Assembly: GCA_944372355.1 (NCBI GenBank)
Contig: CALVYS010000005.1
Span: 1 to 45,376 of the forward strand
Direction: 5' to 3'
DNA length: 45,376 bases
DNA from: an uncultured Clostridia bacterium
GTDB taxonomy: Bacteria; Bacillota; Clostridia; Christensenellales; UBA1242
The notes beneath the pieces were generated by a model. The model did no database searches. It was not told where the DNA came from and saw nothing but the letters and a program-made list of their open reading frames with translations. Position 1 is the stretch's first letter, and every line of letters starts with the position of its first letter. Shown here piece by piece: positions 17,362 to 26,798 of this stretch. Both the position numbers and the translations under genes were made by a program.

Positions 17362-20300
17362 TGGAACGAATTTTAAATTTGCTTAAAACCTCGCCTTTGA
17401 GCAAGGAGGCAGAACTTAGCGGGGCAAAATTGGGCGAGAAGGTTTTGTTTATCGCTCTAAAAAAGCGGGGAGTTGTGCTTGTCGCAGATTTTGTCGAGGC
17501 TGTAAAACTCAAAAGGGCGTTGATTGCTCTCGGCAGACGCGCAGAAATTGTTTCCTGTGGTCGAGAGGTGGGCACTGAAAAGGACGAAAATCTTGTGCCG
17601 TATGCCGAAACGCTGGCAAAGTTTTTTGCTGGCGAGCTTGATTTTGTGCTGTGTTTGCCAAATGCGATCGTCACAAAATTTGACACCAGTCTCTTTTTAA
17701 ATCCCATCAAAGTTGCGCCTGGTTTAAAGTGGGAGCTTTCAGAGCTTGCCGCCAAACTGATAGACTATGGCTATCAGCGCACTAGCCTGGTTTCCCAGCC
17801 TGGTGAATTTGCCGTGAGAGGTGACATTTTTGATATTTTTCCAATCGCAAGTGAAAGCCCTTTGCGATGCGATTTTTTTGACAATGAAATCGAAAGCATC
17901 GCATATTTTAATGTAAATGACATGAAAACTGGCGAAAAACTTGAAAATTATCGCATTTTTCCTGCTTTTTTGCCAAAAGGCAAGGCTGATGTCGGCTGCC
18001 TTGATGCAAATTTAGTCATCGATCAAAAAGAAAGGCTTTCACAAGCTATAACTGTGCTGCTTGAAAGTTTTAGGGTTATGCAAGGCTTTGAGGAAAGCGA
18101 TTATGCAAAGTTTGAAGACTTCAAGGCCGATCTGACTTTTTCATTGTCCGGAGGAGTGGAACTGGCAACCGGATCAGAGATCAGCTATGTTCACTCGTTT
18201 AACGAGCTTGCCTCAGACATAAAGGCTTTTAATCCACACAAAAACAGGATTTTGCTTTTTGCAGGTGACGAGCCGGCAAAGAAAAGATTAAAAAACTTCT
18301 TGCTTGGGCAAGAGCTTTCTTTTTTTGATTATGAAGACTCCGCTTTCATAGAAAATGGAATCTATGTGAGTGAGAAATACTTTCCAAACTCTTTCGAATT
18401 GCAAGACTTGGCGATCATCGCGGTGGGCTCTGACAACCTTTCCAAACAAAAGCAGTCGATTTTGGCGACAGCGAAGAAGGAGGCCTTCTATCAACCACAA
18501 ATAGGCGAATATGTCGTGCATGAATTTCATGGCATAGGCAAATGCATCGGAATTGAGAGAATGAGCCTTGCCGACTATGAAAAGGATTATTTTGTCATTG
18601 AATATCGCAATGGTGGCATGCTTTATCTTCCAAGTGAGCAGGCAAGTTCGCTTTCAGCATATGTCGGAGGAGAAGCCGAGCCAAAAATGAACGTGCTTGG
18701 TGGGCGTGAGTTTGAGCAGCTCAAAAAAAAGGTGAAAGAAAAGCTTGAAGGTTTTGCTTTGGAACTTATGCAACTTTATAAGCAGCGTGAAGAGAGCAAG
18801 GGTTTTGCGTTTAAAAAGGAAGAATTTTTGGAAGATGAATTTGCAAATGCGTTTGAATTTGAAGAGACTCCTGATCAAACCCAAGCGATTGGAGATGTGC
18901 TCAGCGATATGGCCTCTTCCAAAATCATGGACAGACTGCTTTGTGGCGACGTTGGTTTTGGAAAAACCGAGGTGGCATATCGTGCGGCATTCAGGGCGGT
19001 TGTCAACGACAAACAAGTTGCGCTGCTGTGTCCGACCACGGTTTTAAGCGAACAGCACTTTTTAAACGCAAAAAAGAGATTTGCAAACTTTGGAGTGAGG
19101 ATTGAGGTTTTAAACAGGTTTAAGACTGTTTCGCAAGAAAGGGAAGTGCTGTCAAAACTCAAAGCTGGTGAGATCGATCTTTTGATTGGCACGCACAAGA
19201 TGCTTTCAAAAAACGTGGAGTTTAAGGATCTTGGACTGCTCATCATAGATGAAGAGCAGCGTTTTGGAGTTGCGGCCAAAGAAAAAATCAAAAATTTAAG
19301 AAAAAACGTCGATGTTCTTGCGCTTTCGGCCACACCGATTCCAAGAACGCTTCATATGTCGCTGACAGGGATCCGTGACATTTCAGTCATCGCCACACCT
19401 CCAAGGGACAGATTGCCGATTCAAACATATGTCACGGCGGAGGACGAAGAGATTGTCAAAAGCGTGTTAAAGCGAGAGCTCGCTCGTGGAGGCAGGGCGT
19501 TTGTGATTTACAATCGCGTGCAATCTATTTTTAACATAGCTTCTCACATCGCTAAAATCGTGCCAGAAGCAAAGGTTGGCGTTGCACACGGACAGATGAG
19601 TGAAAGAGAGCTGCAAAATGCCATAGACAAGCTGTTTAAAGGCGAATTTAATGTGTTTGTTTCAACCACGCTCATTGAAAACGGCATAGACTTGCCGTCA
19701 GCAAACACTATGATAATATTTGACGCTGATTTGCTTGGCCTAAGCCAACTCTATCAACTGAGGGGCAGGATCGGCCGCAGCGACAAGTTAAGCTATGCCT
19801 ACCTGTTTTATAAAGGCGACAAGCTTTTGACCCAGGAGTCTTACAAAAGGCTGGAGGCGATCAAAGAGTTTCGTGAGCTTGGCAGCGGCTTTAAAATTTC
19901 GATGCGCGATTTGGAAATCAGAGGGGCTGGAAACATCTTTGGCAAGCAGCAGCATGGCCACATTGAAAAGGTTGGCTACGACATGTTTATCAAACTTTTG
20001 AATGAAACCGTCAGAGAACTTTCTGGCAGCAAAACTGTGCAAGAGCGGCCGATTCGCATAGATCTACCTGTTGACGCCTTTATTCCAGAAACCTACATTT
20101 CAACCAGTGAGCAAAGAATCAACATTTACATGAGAATAAGTGAAATCGCATCAAGCGAGCAAATGCAAAGCCTTTTTGAAAGTTTGAAAGACGGTTATGG
20201 CGATCTGCCTCCTGAAACCGAAAATCTGGCCAAGATTGCCTATATCAAAAATCTGGCATCAAATTTCGGCGTGAAAGAGGTTAAAGCGGCTGCTGGCGAA

Positions 20301-20489
20301 ATCCAGATCGTGCTTTACAAAGATGAAGAGGTTGTGGACAAGAGACTGCTTGATGTGCTTCCAAAACATGGGGCAAGTTTAAGATTTGAAAATTTGCCTA
20401 TAATCAAATTGCCACGAGCAAAAACCATGTCCAAAACCTTAAATCAAATAATAGAGTTTTTTGAAGATGCCAAAAATACAAATTCTTAA
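17361..20489 (+). CDS. mfd: Transcription-repair coupling factor (N-terminal region diverged)
   Basis: GEFAVRGDIFDIFP, VVHEFHGIG (RID), MDRLLCGDVGFGKTEVA, DEEQRFGV, SATPIPRTL, QLRGRIGRS and DLEIRGAGN motifs. Confidence 0.97.
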   Translation: MERILNLLKTSPLSKEAELSGAKLGEKVLFIALKKRGVVLVADFVEAVKLKRALIALGRRAEIVSCGREVGTEKDENLVPYAETLAKFFAGELDFVLCLPNAIVTKFDTSLFLNPIKVAPGLKWELSELAAKLIDYGYQRTSLVSQPGEFAVRGDIFDIFPIASESPLRCDFFDNEIESIAYFNVNDMKTGEKLENYRIFPAFLPKGKADVGCLDANLVIDQKERLSQAITVLLESFRVMQGFEESDYAKFEDFKADLTFSLSGGVELATGSEISYVHSFNELASDIKAFNPHKNRILLFAGDEPAKKRLKNFLLGQELSFFDYEDSAFIENGIYVSEKYFPNSFELQDLAIIAVGSDNLSKQKQSILATAKKEAFYQPQIGEYVVHEFHGIGKCIGIERMSLADYEKDYFVIEYRNGGMLYLPSEQASSLSAYVGGEAEPKMNVLGGREFEQLKKKVKEKLEGFALELMQLYKQREESKGFAFKKEEFLEDEFANAFEFEETPDQTQAIGDVLSDMASSKIMDRLLCGDVGFGKTEVAYRAAFRAVVNDKQVALLCPTTVLSEQHFLNAKKRFANFGVRIEVLNRFKTVSQEREVLSKLKAGEIDLLIGTHKMLSKNVEFKDLGLLIIDEEQRFGVAAKEKIKNLRKNVDVLALSATPIPRTLHMSLTGIRDISVIATPPRDRLPIQTYVTAEDEEIVKSVLKRELARGGRAFVIYNRVQSIFNIASHIAKIVPEAKVGVAHGQMSERELQNAIDKLFKGEFNVFVSTTLIENGIDLPSANTMIIFDADLLGLSQLYQLRGRIGRSDKLSYAYLFYKGDKLLTQESYKRLEAIKEFRELGSGFKISMRDLEIRGAGNIFGKQQHGHIEKVGYDMFIKLLNETVRELSGSKTVQERPIRIDLPVDAFIPETYISTSEQRINIYMRISEIASSEQMQSLFESLKDGYGDLPPETENLAKIAYIKNLASNFGVKEVKAAAGEIQIVLYKDEEVVDKRLLDVLPKHGASLRFENLPIIKLPRAKTMSKTLNQIIEFFEDAKNTNS

Positions 20490-20507
20490 AAAACAGCCTA
20501 AAATCAC

Positions 20508-20536
20508 TTGAAAAACTTATAAACTTTTTGTATACT
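20508..20536 (+). promoter_or_regulatory. SigA-like promoter
   Basis: TTGAAA-N17-TATACT; GGAG RBS before ATG 20564. Confidence 0.6.
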
Positions 20537-20563
20537 ATCAAGGAACTATTTTTACGGAGAACT

Positions 20564-22327
20564 ATGAAAAAAACCAAACTTACAAGCTTAATACTTTCAC
20601 TGTCGCTGTGTCTGATCATGTGCGTCTCGGTTTTTGCTGGCTGCACATTGGTGACAACAGACATGTCAAGATATTATTCCGAAGTGGTGGCCACGCTTGA
20701 CTATGAAGATGGCGAGCGCATTGAAATAACAAAAAAAGATCTTTCCATCGCAGTTGCAAATTATGGCTCCTACTATATGCAAAACTATGGAATGAGCGGA
20801 GAAGAAACCGTTAGTCAACTGCTGGAAATGGTGATAAATGAAAAGCTTATCATACGCGACGCAGAAAAGTTGGCAAGCGAGCAAAATGGTGGAGATGTGT
20901 TGACAACCAAGGAAAAAACCTATCTTTGGGAAACGACTTACGAAACCATTGAAGACAACATCATAAGCTACTATAATGAAATCAATGGCATCACTGAGGA
21001 GGATCAAGAAGAGGATTCCACCGACGGGGTTGTGAGCCAAACGATTTATGAAATCCCAGTTTCACTGCAAATGGACAGTCAAGGAAAGTATTCACTCGTT
21101 TTAGAAACCACACCAACAACAGAGGTTGAAGATCACGTTTACTGGAATGGCCAAGACAGAGATTTGAGCACGGGAAACGACCTTGATGCGCTTTATGAAT
21201 GCGTGAGGCGCTTCTTAACCGACAGGCCTGAGTATGCACAAGGTTACAGCCGCTATCTTTCTGAGGCCAAAAGCTCAGAACAGGGAATGGGGCTTTCAAC
21301 CGACAACGAATCAGTGTTCAAGCGCGAAATTCAAAGGGTTTATGGCGTGCTTTACGATTCATTTATGATTGAAAAGTATGCTGAAATCAATCAAACCAAC
21401 AATTCTTCTGTGACCATCGAAAACATCTTAAATCTCTATGAAAGCAAAGTGACAAGCGACTACAACAAATATATGGTTGAAGGCGCAACAACCTATGAAT
21501 CAGACATTTTGGAAGATGCAGGCAATGTTTATTACTTTAAGGAAACCGGATCTCAATTCTTCTATGTTTCGCATGTTTTGGCAAAATTTTCAGATAAAGA
21601 GCAAGCGATTTATGACGAATGTCAAAATGTTTTAAACGGCACCAGCACAAAATACACGATTCAAGAAGCTCAAAGCAAGATTGAAGACCTTTATGCAAAT
21701 CTCGCTTTCCCAGTCAGAGAAAAAAATGAAGATGGCGATTGGGTGGAAACTGGTGAAACCAAATCTGTGAGCGCAGTTTTGCAGGAAATCCAACTCAAAC
21801 TTGCCACAGCTGGCGACAACGAGCAACTTAAAGCAGAATACTTTGACGAGTTTGTTTACAAATATAACGAAGATGAAGGCATTATGAATGCCGAAAGAAA
21901 CTATGTGATTGGTGTGGATTACACAACTCCTGACACCGAAAATGACAGGAATTACACAGTTTACTCCAACATGGTTGACTCTTTCACAAATGCTGCGATC
22001 GAGCTTTACAATTACGGAAACGCCAAGGTTGGGGAATTGTATGCTGAGCCAATTCGCTCGGATTACGGCATTCACATCATGGTTTTTGAAGGCAAAGTGC
22101 AAAACGTGTTCACAAACATCGATTCAAACTTCAACCTTTCAACTTCTGACATCGCTGCGTTGAGCAACACACGAATTAAAGCGGGCGAAGAAAAAACACT
22201 GCTGCATGAACTTTTCGATGAACTCAACTCGGACAGATATTCACTTTTTGAAAATATGAACATTCAGTTCTTGCGCGATGAAGTGCAAATAACCCGTTAT
22301 CCGGATGCTTACAAAGATTTATATTAA
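20564..22327 (+). CDS. PrsA/SurA-like parvulin foldase lipoprotein (long, acidic)
   Basis: Lipobox FAGC; parvulin-like YVSHVL, F......YNED.G, MVDSFTNAA and IRSDYGIHIM. It lies downstream of mfd, as clostridial foldases do. Confidence 0.75.
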   Translation: MKKTKLTSLILSLSLCLIMCVSVFAGCTLVTTDMSRYYSEVVATLDYEDGERIEITKKDLSIAVANYGSYYMQNYGMSGEETVSQLLEMVINEKLIIRDAEKLASEQNGGDVLTTKEKTYLWETTYETIEDNIISYYNEINGITEEDQEEDSTDGVVSQTIYEIPVSLQMDSQGKYSLVLETTPTTEVEDHVYWNGQDRDLSTGNDLDALYECVRRFLTDRPEYAQGYSRYLSEAKSSEQGMGLSTDNESVFKREIQRVYGVLYDSFMIEKYAEINQTNNSSVTIENILNLYESKVTSDYNKYMVEGATTYESDILEDAGNVYYFKETGSQFFYVSHVLAKFSDKEQAIYDECQNVLNGTSTKYTIQEAQSKIEDLYANLAFPVREKNEDGDWVETGETKSVSAVLQEIQLKLATAGDNEQLKAEYFDEFVYKYNEDEGIMNAERNYVIGVDYTTPDTENDRNYTVYSNMVDSFTNAAIELYNYGNAKVGELYAEPIRSDYGIHIMVFEGKVQNVFTNIDSNFNLSTSDIAALSNTRIKAGEEKTLLHELFDELNSDRYSLFENMNIQFLRDEVQITRYPDAYKDLY

Positions 22328-22337
22328 TAATAAAAAT

Positions 22338-22368
22338 AACTCTTGTTTAATTTGACAAGAGTTTTTTT
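22338..22368 (+). terminator. Intrinsic terminator overlapping the next promoter
   Basis: AACTCTTGTT...GACAAGAGTT followed by a T tract. Confidence 0.7.
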
Positions 22369-22380
22369 ATTTGATAGAAT
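22352..22380 (+). promoter_or_regulatory. SigA-like promoter, very short leader
   Basis: TTGACA-N17-TAGAAT, then 9 nt to ATG 22390. No SD sequence. Confidence 0.7.
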
Positions 22381-22389
22381 TATCAAGAT

Positions 22390-23682
22390 ATGAACGACGA
22401 GCAAAGCAAGTTACAACCAGCAGAGGAAGAGAAAAAAGAAGGGCAGCCTTCTAATTTTTCACAACTGGAAATGGAAGTTAAACCCATGACAAGTGAAGAA
22501 AAGGCGAAACTTGACGAGGCTCAACAGGCTGTTGCAAAGCGTAGCGGAAAAAACAAGCGTGCATGGAACATTTCAATGTTTTTTCTCAACGTTGGAATCA
22601 TCGCCGGCATTTTGTTGTATACGCTGTTTACGAATGAGTTCACTCCGCTCAGTGAGATAGATGTCAACGTTGAATGGTTTTTTGTTGCTTGTTTGTTGTA
22701 TGGTGTTGCGTTTTTGTTTGATTCTGCCTCAGTGTCTTACTTGTTAAAGAAAAATTGTGGCAAGCCTCGGTTTGTTCTTTCTATGAAGGCGACGATGTGT
22801 GGAAGATATTATGACGCCGTCACGCCGCTGGCAACTGGTGGGCAGCCATTTCAAATGACATACTTGTCTTCTCGCGATGTGCCTTCTGCTGCAGCACTAT
22901 CTGTGCCTATGGCGAGAATGTTTTTTCAGCAGCTGACATGGCTGTTGTTGTCGGGTGTGTGTCTGATCGTTTCAGCTGTTACAAACATGTACAACATGGT
23001 GGTGTTTGTTGCAGCTATTATCGGTTTCGTGCTTGCATTTTTAATGATGTCAACAACGCTATTTCTTTCTATAAGCAAAAAAACTGGAAAGGTGCTGGTT
23101 GTCAAAACTTTGAAACTGCTTCACAAAATGAAGATAGTGAAAAACTATGAAAAGCAGTATCAACGTGTGGCAAAATATGTTGAAGATTATCAAAACATCA
23201 TGACAAATTATGTAAAATCTCCAAAGGATTTTATATTTATGACAATTTCCTGTTTGGCGAGAGATATTGTCACTTATATGATACCTTTCTTTGTTTTTTG
23301 CATGTTCAGTGATTTTGATCCGTCGTTGTTCGGGTACATGATGGTGATGGGCGTCATAATAGACCTGGCTTCAAGCTACACGCCTCTTCCTGGTGGATCT
23401 GGAGCCATGGAACTTTCATTCAGCATGATGTTTGGTGCATATTTCCAGGGCGGGCAGTTGTTCTGGGCTTTGATTATTTGGAGATTTTTCTCTTATTACA
23501 GCTATTTAATCTTTGGATTTGGAATGGTGACCTACGACTTTTTGTATGGCAACAGAAAATATCGCTGGCAAAAAGTGGAACGCAGTTTGCAACTTGAAAG
23601 CAAACAGTTCAAGGAAAATCAGATCGCTCAGTTTAGAACCCAAAGGGCTTACAGACGCAAAAGACAATTAAAGAAAAGTTAG
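22390..23682 (+). CDS. Lysylphosphatidylglycerol synthase TM-domain (UPF0104, flippase-like) protein
   Basis: GRYYDAVTPLATGGQPFQ, PLPGGSGAME and LIIWRFFSYY motifs. Confidence 0.9.
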   Translation: MNDEQSKLQPAEEEKKEGQPSNFSQLEMEVKPMTSEEKAKLDEAQQAVAKRSGKNKRAWNISMFFLNVGIIAGILLYTLFTNEFTPLSEIDVNVEWFFVACLLYGVAFLFDSASVSYLLKKNCGKPRFVLSMKATMCGRYYDAVTPLATGGQPFQMTYLSSRDVPSAAALSVPMARMFFQQLTWLLLSGVCLIVSAVTNMYNMVVFVAAIIGFVLAFLMMSTTLFLSISKKTGKVLVVKTLKLLHKMKIVKNYEKQYQRVAKYVEDYQNIMTNYVKSPKDFIFMTISCLARDIVTYMIPFFVFCMFSDFDPSLFGYMMVMGVIIDLASSYTPLPGGSGAMELSFSMMFGAYFQGGQLFWALIIWRFFSYYSYLIFGFGMVTYDFLYGNRKYRWQKVERSLQLESKQFKENQIAQFRTQRAYRRKRQLKKS

Positions 23683-23715
23683 AATAATAAAGTTTAAAAA
23701 GATAAGAATAAAACC

Positions 23716-24249
23716 ATGAGAAAGCTTAAAAAAAGCACTTATGGTTTTATTTTTGCAATTATTGTGCTCGTGATAGCTCTTGGAATTACGCTGTATTTGG
23801 GGCTGTCTGGCTGGTTTTATTCAAACGTGACAAAGCTTGAATCTGACATGCAGCTTGGACAGACCGTCAATTTAAGTTTGACTGGAAATGAAACCGAGGC
23901 GGTGTCCTTTACTGTCAGCGGAGCCTATCTTCCAGGGCACAATTTGCAGCAATATGTCAATGTGACGAATGAGTCTGACAAGCCGTTGTATGTTCGAGCC
24001 AAGGCATTCATTTTTTCCTATTCTCTTGGTGACACAAAGGTTGAGCTTGGCATAAGTGAGCATTGGACGGAAAATGGAGAATACTACTATTTTGATGAAC
24101 CGGTGGAAGTTTCAAACAAAATTGCCGTCTCTTCATATGTGAAACTTTTGGAAGATGAGTTTTATGATTCTCAAAAAAGCTATGTTTTGACGATCGTTGT
24201 CGAAGGCTTGGACGCGAGTTTAAACAGGGCTGAAATTTGGGGTTATTAA
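23716..24249 (+). CDS. Exported protein, possibly SipW-class/TasA-like signal
   Basis: N-terminal TM followed by SGWF; PG......V.N......YVRA and W...GEYYYF resemble SipW-dependent exported proteins. Confidence 0.55.
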   Translation: MRKLKKSTYGFIFAIIVLVIALGITLYLGLSGWFYSNVTKLESDMQLGQTVNLSLTGNETEAVSFTVSGAYLPGHNLQQYVNVTNESDKPLYVRAKAFIFSYSLGDTKVELGISEHWTENGEYYYFDEPVEVSNKIAVSSYVKLLEDEFYDSQKSYVLTIVVEGLDASLNRAEIWGY

Positions 24250-24274
24250 GAAAAAAACTGTCAATAATTTCGGT

Positions 24275-24727
24275 ATGAAAAAATTGGCAGTTTTTATTTT
24301 TGTGGGATTGATTTTAGCTGGGCTCATGTTTGTTCCCAAACAATTTTCAGTTCAAGAGGAACTGATTCAAAAGGCTTTGGTTGTGACGGATTTGGCATCA
24401 GCGACTGGCAGCGGTGAAAAGTTTGTGGTCAATGGAAATGATGCAATAATTTGTTTAAACGCTGAAAAATTGCAAGAATTTCAAAAAAATTTTCCGGTTA
24501 AAGCGCTGATTTTTACAATCAACAAGCAAGATTTTGCCAAATTTACGCGAAATCTTCAATTACAAACCATCACTCAAACTCAGATTGAAGGCATGCAAGT
24601 CACCTATGCCTACACGCCGATGTTTAGCCAAAGCCATATTGCTGACGGCAGAAAATGCAACATTGAAATTGCCGAGAGAGAGGAAGATGTTGTAATAGGC
24701 TTTCCAAGCATTGTTACGGGTTACTAA
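24275..24727 (+). CDS. YwmB-like protein
   Basis: N-terminal TM, YAYTP, NIEIA and C-terminal IGFPSIVTGY (YwmB-like IGxPxI); position upstream of spoIIQ-like and spoIIID genes. Confidence 0.7.
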   Translation: MKKLAVFIFVGLILAGLMFVPKQFSVQEELIQKALVVTDLASATGSGEKFVVNGNDAIICLNAEKLQEFQKNFPVKALIFTINKQDFAKFTRNLQLQTITQTQIEGMQVTYAYTPMFSQSHIADGRKCNIEIAEREEDVVIGFPSIVTGY

Positions 24728-24734
24728 AAAAAAT

Positions 24735-24762
24735 GTATACAAAAATTTTTTGTGTCAATAAT
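24735..24762 (+). promoter_or_regulatory. SigF-like promoter
   Basis: GTATA-N14-GTCAATAAT upstream of a GAGGAGG RBS. spoIIQ is SigF-dependent in Bacillus. Confidence 0.4.
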
Positions 24763-24781
24763 CGTAGGCGAGGAGGGAAAA

Positions 24782-25357
24782 ATGGAAATTAGAAAGGATA
24801 ACAAATTATTCACATTCATGAAAAGGTTTGGGTTTTACATCTTAGGGGGAGTGATCATTTTGGCTGTGATTATTACTGCGATCGTGGCCGGCGTGCTTGG
24901 CAGCAGAGGCGATAATGCTGTCGATGTCACAACTGAGCCTATCAGTTTCACATTGCCAATGAATGAGGCCAGCTTGATCAAGGATTATTCCGACACCGAT
25001 TTGCAGTACAACGAAACCTTGGGCAAGTATCATGCGCATCTTTCGGTTGATCTGACAAGTGAAGATCCAACCGTCATGGCGATTGCCGATGGAACTGTCA
25101 CTGATGTAAGCTACAAATATCTCACTGGTTACACCGTCACCATAGAGCACACGGACGGCTTTGTAAGTGTTTATTCTTCACTTGATGAGGCTGTTGATGT
25201 GAAAGAGGGTGATACGGTTAAAAAGGGAGACAAGATCGGCTCCATCTCAACGTCCGCGGCAGGCGAGGCCACATATGGCGCTCATCTTGACTTAAAGCTT
25301 TATCAAAATAATGAAGCAGTAGATCCAAACAACTATCTTTCCTTGCAAGAAAAATAG
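24782..25357 (+). CDS. M23 (LytM) peptidase-family protein, SpoIIQ-like
   Basis: N-terminal TM; HLSVD, VMAIADGTV, IEHTDG..SVYSSL, VKEGDTVKKGDKIG, HLD (second His of HxH replaced) and VDP..YL. Start MEIRK after GAGGAGG. Confidence 0.85.
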   Translation: MEIRKDNKLFTFMKRFGFYILGGVIILAVIITAIVAGVLGSRGDNAVDVTTEPISFTLPMNEASLIKDYSDTDLQYNETLGKYHAHLSVDLTSEDPTVMAIADGTVTDVSYKYLTGYTVTIEHTDGFVSVYSSLDEAVDVKEGDTVKKGDKIGSISTSAAGEATYGAHLDLKLYQNNEAVDPNNYLSLQEK

Positions 25358-25376
25358 TTAAATTCGTTCAAAACAT

Positions 25377-25405
25377 TTGTCTTCCGCAAACAATTATGAT
25401 ATAAT
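25377..25405 (+). promoter_or_regulatory. SigA-like promoter for acpP
   Basis: TTGTCT-N17-TATAAT with a TG extension. Confidence 0.65.
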
Positions 25406-25429
25406 CGTTTTTGTTAATGGAGGAAGACG

Positions 25430-25651
25430 ATGAAAGAGAAGGTTAAAACATTGATTGCTGATCAGCTTTGCATTTCACCGGAAGACATTGCGGACGATGC
25501 AGACATTGTCAATGACTTGGGCGCGGATTCTCTTGATGTTGTAGAAATGCTTATGACACTTGAAGATGAATTTTCAATCAAGATTCCAGATGACCAAGTT
25601 GACAAAATCAGAACGGTCAATGCCATCTGCGAAATTATAGAAAAAAATTGA
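25430..25651 (+). CDS. acpP: Acyl carrier protein
   Basis: DLGADSLDVVE phosphopantetheine site, LEDEF.I.IPD, GGAGG RBS. Confidence 0.96.
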   Translation: MKEKVKTLIADQLCISPEDIADDADIVNDLGADSLDVVEMLMTLEDEFSIKIPDDQVDKIRTVNAICEIIEKN

Positions 25652-25654
25652 ATC

Positions 25655-25685
25655 AAACGAGGCAGCAACAAAGCCTCGTTTTTTT
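25655..25685 (+). terminator. Intrinsic terminator after acpP
   Basis: AAACGAGGC-N9-GCCTCGTTT followed by a T tract. Confidence 0.8.
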
Positions 25686-25750
25686 ATTGCAAAATTTGAC
25701 ATATCTCGACAAAAAGCGGAATAGACATAATGCAAGGAGGTTGTTCTGCC

Positions 25751-25999
25751 GTGAGAGAAGAGATATGTAAAAGAGTGCTTTTGGAAGCTGAATACATCAC
25801 TGGCACTCGCAGCACACTCAGACAAACGGCCGCTCTGTTTGGCGTAAGCAAAAGCACGGTCCATGTTGATATGTCCAAGAGATTAAAAAAACTAAGCGAA
25901 AAAAAATATAAAAAAATAGAAAAAATATTAAATATAAATTTTTCAGAAAAACATTTAAGAGGAGGTCAAGCGACAAAAAATAAATATTTATTAAAATAA
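25751..25999 (+). CDS. spoIIID: Sporulation transcriptional regulator SpoIIID
   Basis: AEYI.....T.RQTA..FGVSKSTVH.D..RL and HLRGGQATK.KY. GTG start 10 nt after AAGGAGG gives the canonical N-terminus. Confidence 0.92.
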   Translation: MREEICKRVLLEAEYITGTRSTLRQTAALFGVSKSTVHVDMSKRLKKLSEKKYKKIEKILNINFSEKHLRGGQATKNKYLLK

Positions 26000-26078
26000 T
26001 TTTTTGCGAAAAAATAATTAAAAAAATAAAAAAATAATAAAAAATGGCCATTTTTTTGCATTTTTTATTATTTTTTTG

Positions 26079-26792
26079 TTAATTTTCAATTTTCCATAAA
26101 TTATATCTTTCTGGATTTGTCAATGCATTTAACATGGATTTTTTCGTCCCTGACATTTTGTCTTCAAGGGATGAAAGAAAGTTTTTGACGTCTTGTCTGA
26201 GCGTGTAATGATCTGCCGGGCAGATGTTTTTGACAACGGGAAGCGATTGTGCTTCTGCGATGATTTCGCTTTCAAAGGTCAAAAGCAGGGGGCGAATAAC
26301 TGTCAAATCGGTGCGGCTTAAATAGCTTTTTGGTGGCAAAAGAAAAAGCCGCTCTTCTTGTTTTATGCTCATCAGAAAAGTTTCCAAAAGGTCGTCAGCA
26401 TGATGGGCCAAAGCAACTTTGTTGCAACCTGCTTTTTTGGCCGCACTGTTAAGGATTCCTCGTCTTAAATTGGCACATAAAGAACACGGATTTTTTTCCT
26501 TTCTTATTTCAAAAACAACCTCGAAAACATTTGAGTTTATCACTTGAAATTCAACCCCAAGTTTTTTGCAAAACTCTTCAATTGGCTGAAAGTTCATCTG
26601 GCCGTTTGACAGATCCACGCATATCGCCATCAACGAAAAACTGTTTTTGAATGCGGTTTTCAAATTGGCCAGCGCTTTAAGCAGCACCAGACTGTCCTTT
26701 CCGCCAGAAACGCCAACAGCGATTTTGTCTCCTGCTGAAATTAAATTGAATTTTTTGCACATTTTTTTGATTTGAGAAAGTATATTTTTCAT
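26079..26792 (-). CDS. ttcA: tRNA 2-thiocytidine biosynthesis protein TtcA family
   Basis: PP-loop SGGKDS, PCSLCANLRRGIL, ALAHHADD..ET, IRPL and C-terminal CPAD. Confidence 0.9.
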   Translation of the reverse strand: MKNILSQIKKMCKKFNLISAGDKIAVGVSGGKDSLVLLKALANLKTAFKNSFSLMAICVDLSNGQMNFQPIEEFCKKLGVEFQVINSNVFEVVFEIRKEKNPCSLCANLRRGILNSAAKKAGCNKVALAHHADDLLETFLMSIKQEERLFLLPPKSYLSRTDLTVIRPLLLTFESEIIAEAQSLPVVKNICPADHYTLRQDVKNFLSSLEDKMSGTKKSMLNALTNPERYNLWKIEN

Positions 26793-26798
26793 GCCATA

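Noticed and set aside
18723-18730. A8 tract in mfd (and other A/T runs) as phase-variation sites
   Set aside because: These are in-frame Lys codons in an intact gene, and A-runs are common in this AT-rich genome.
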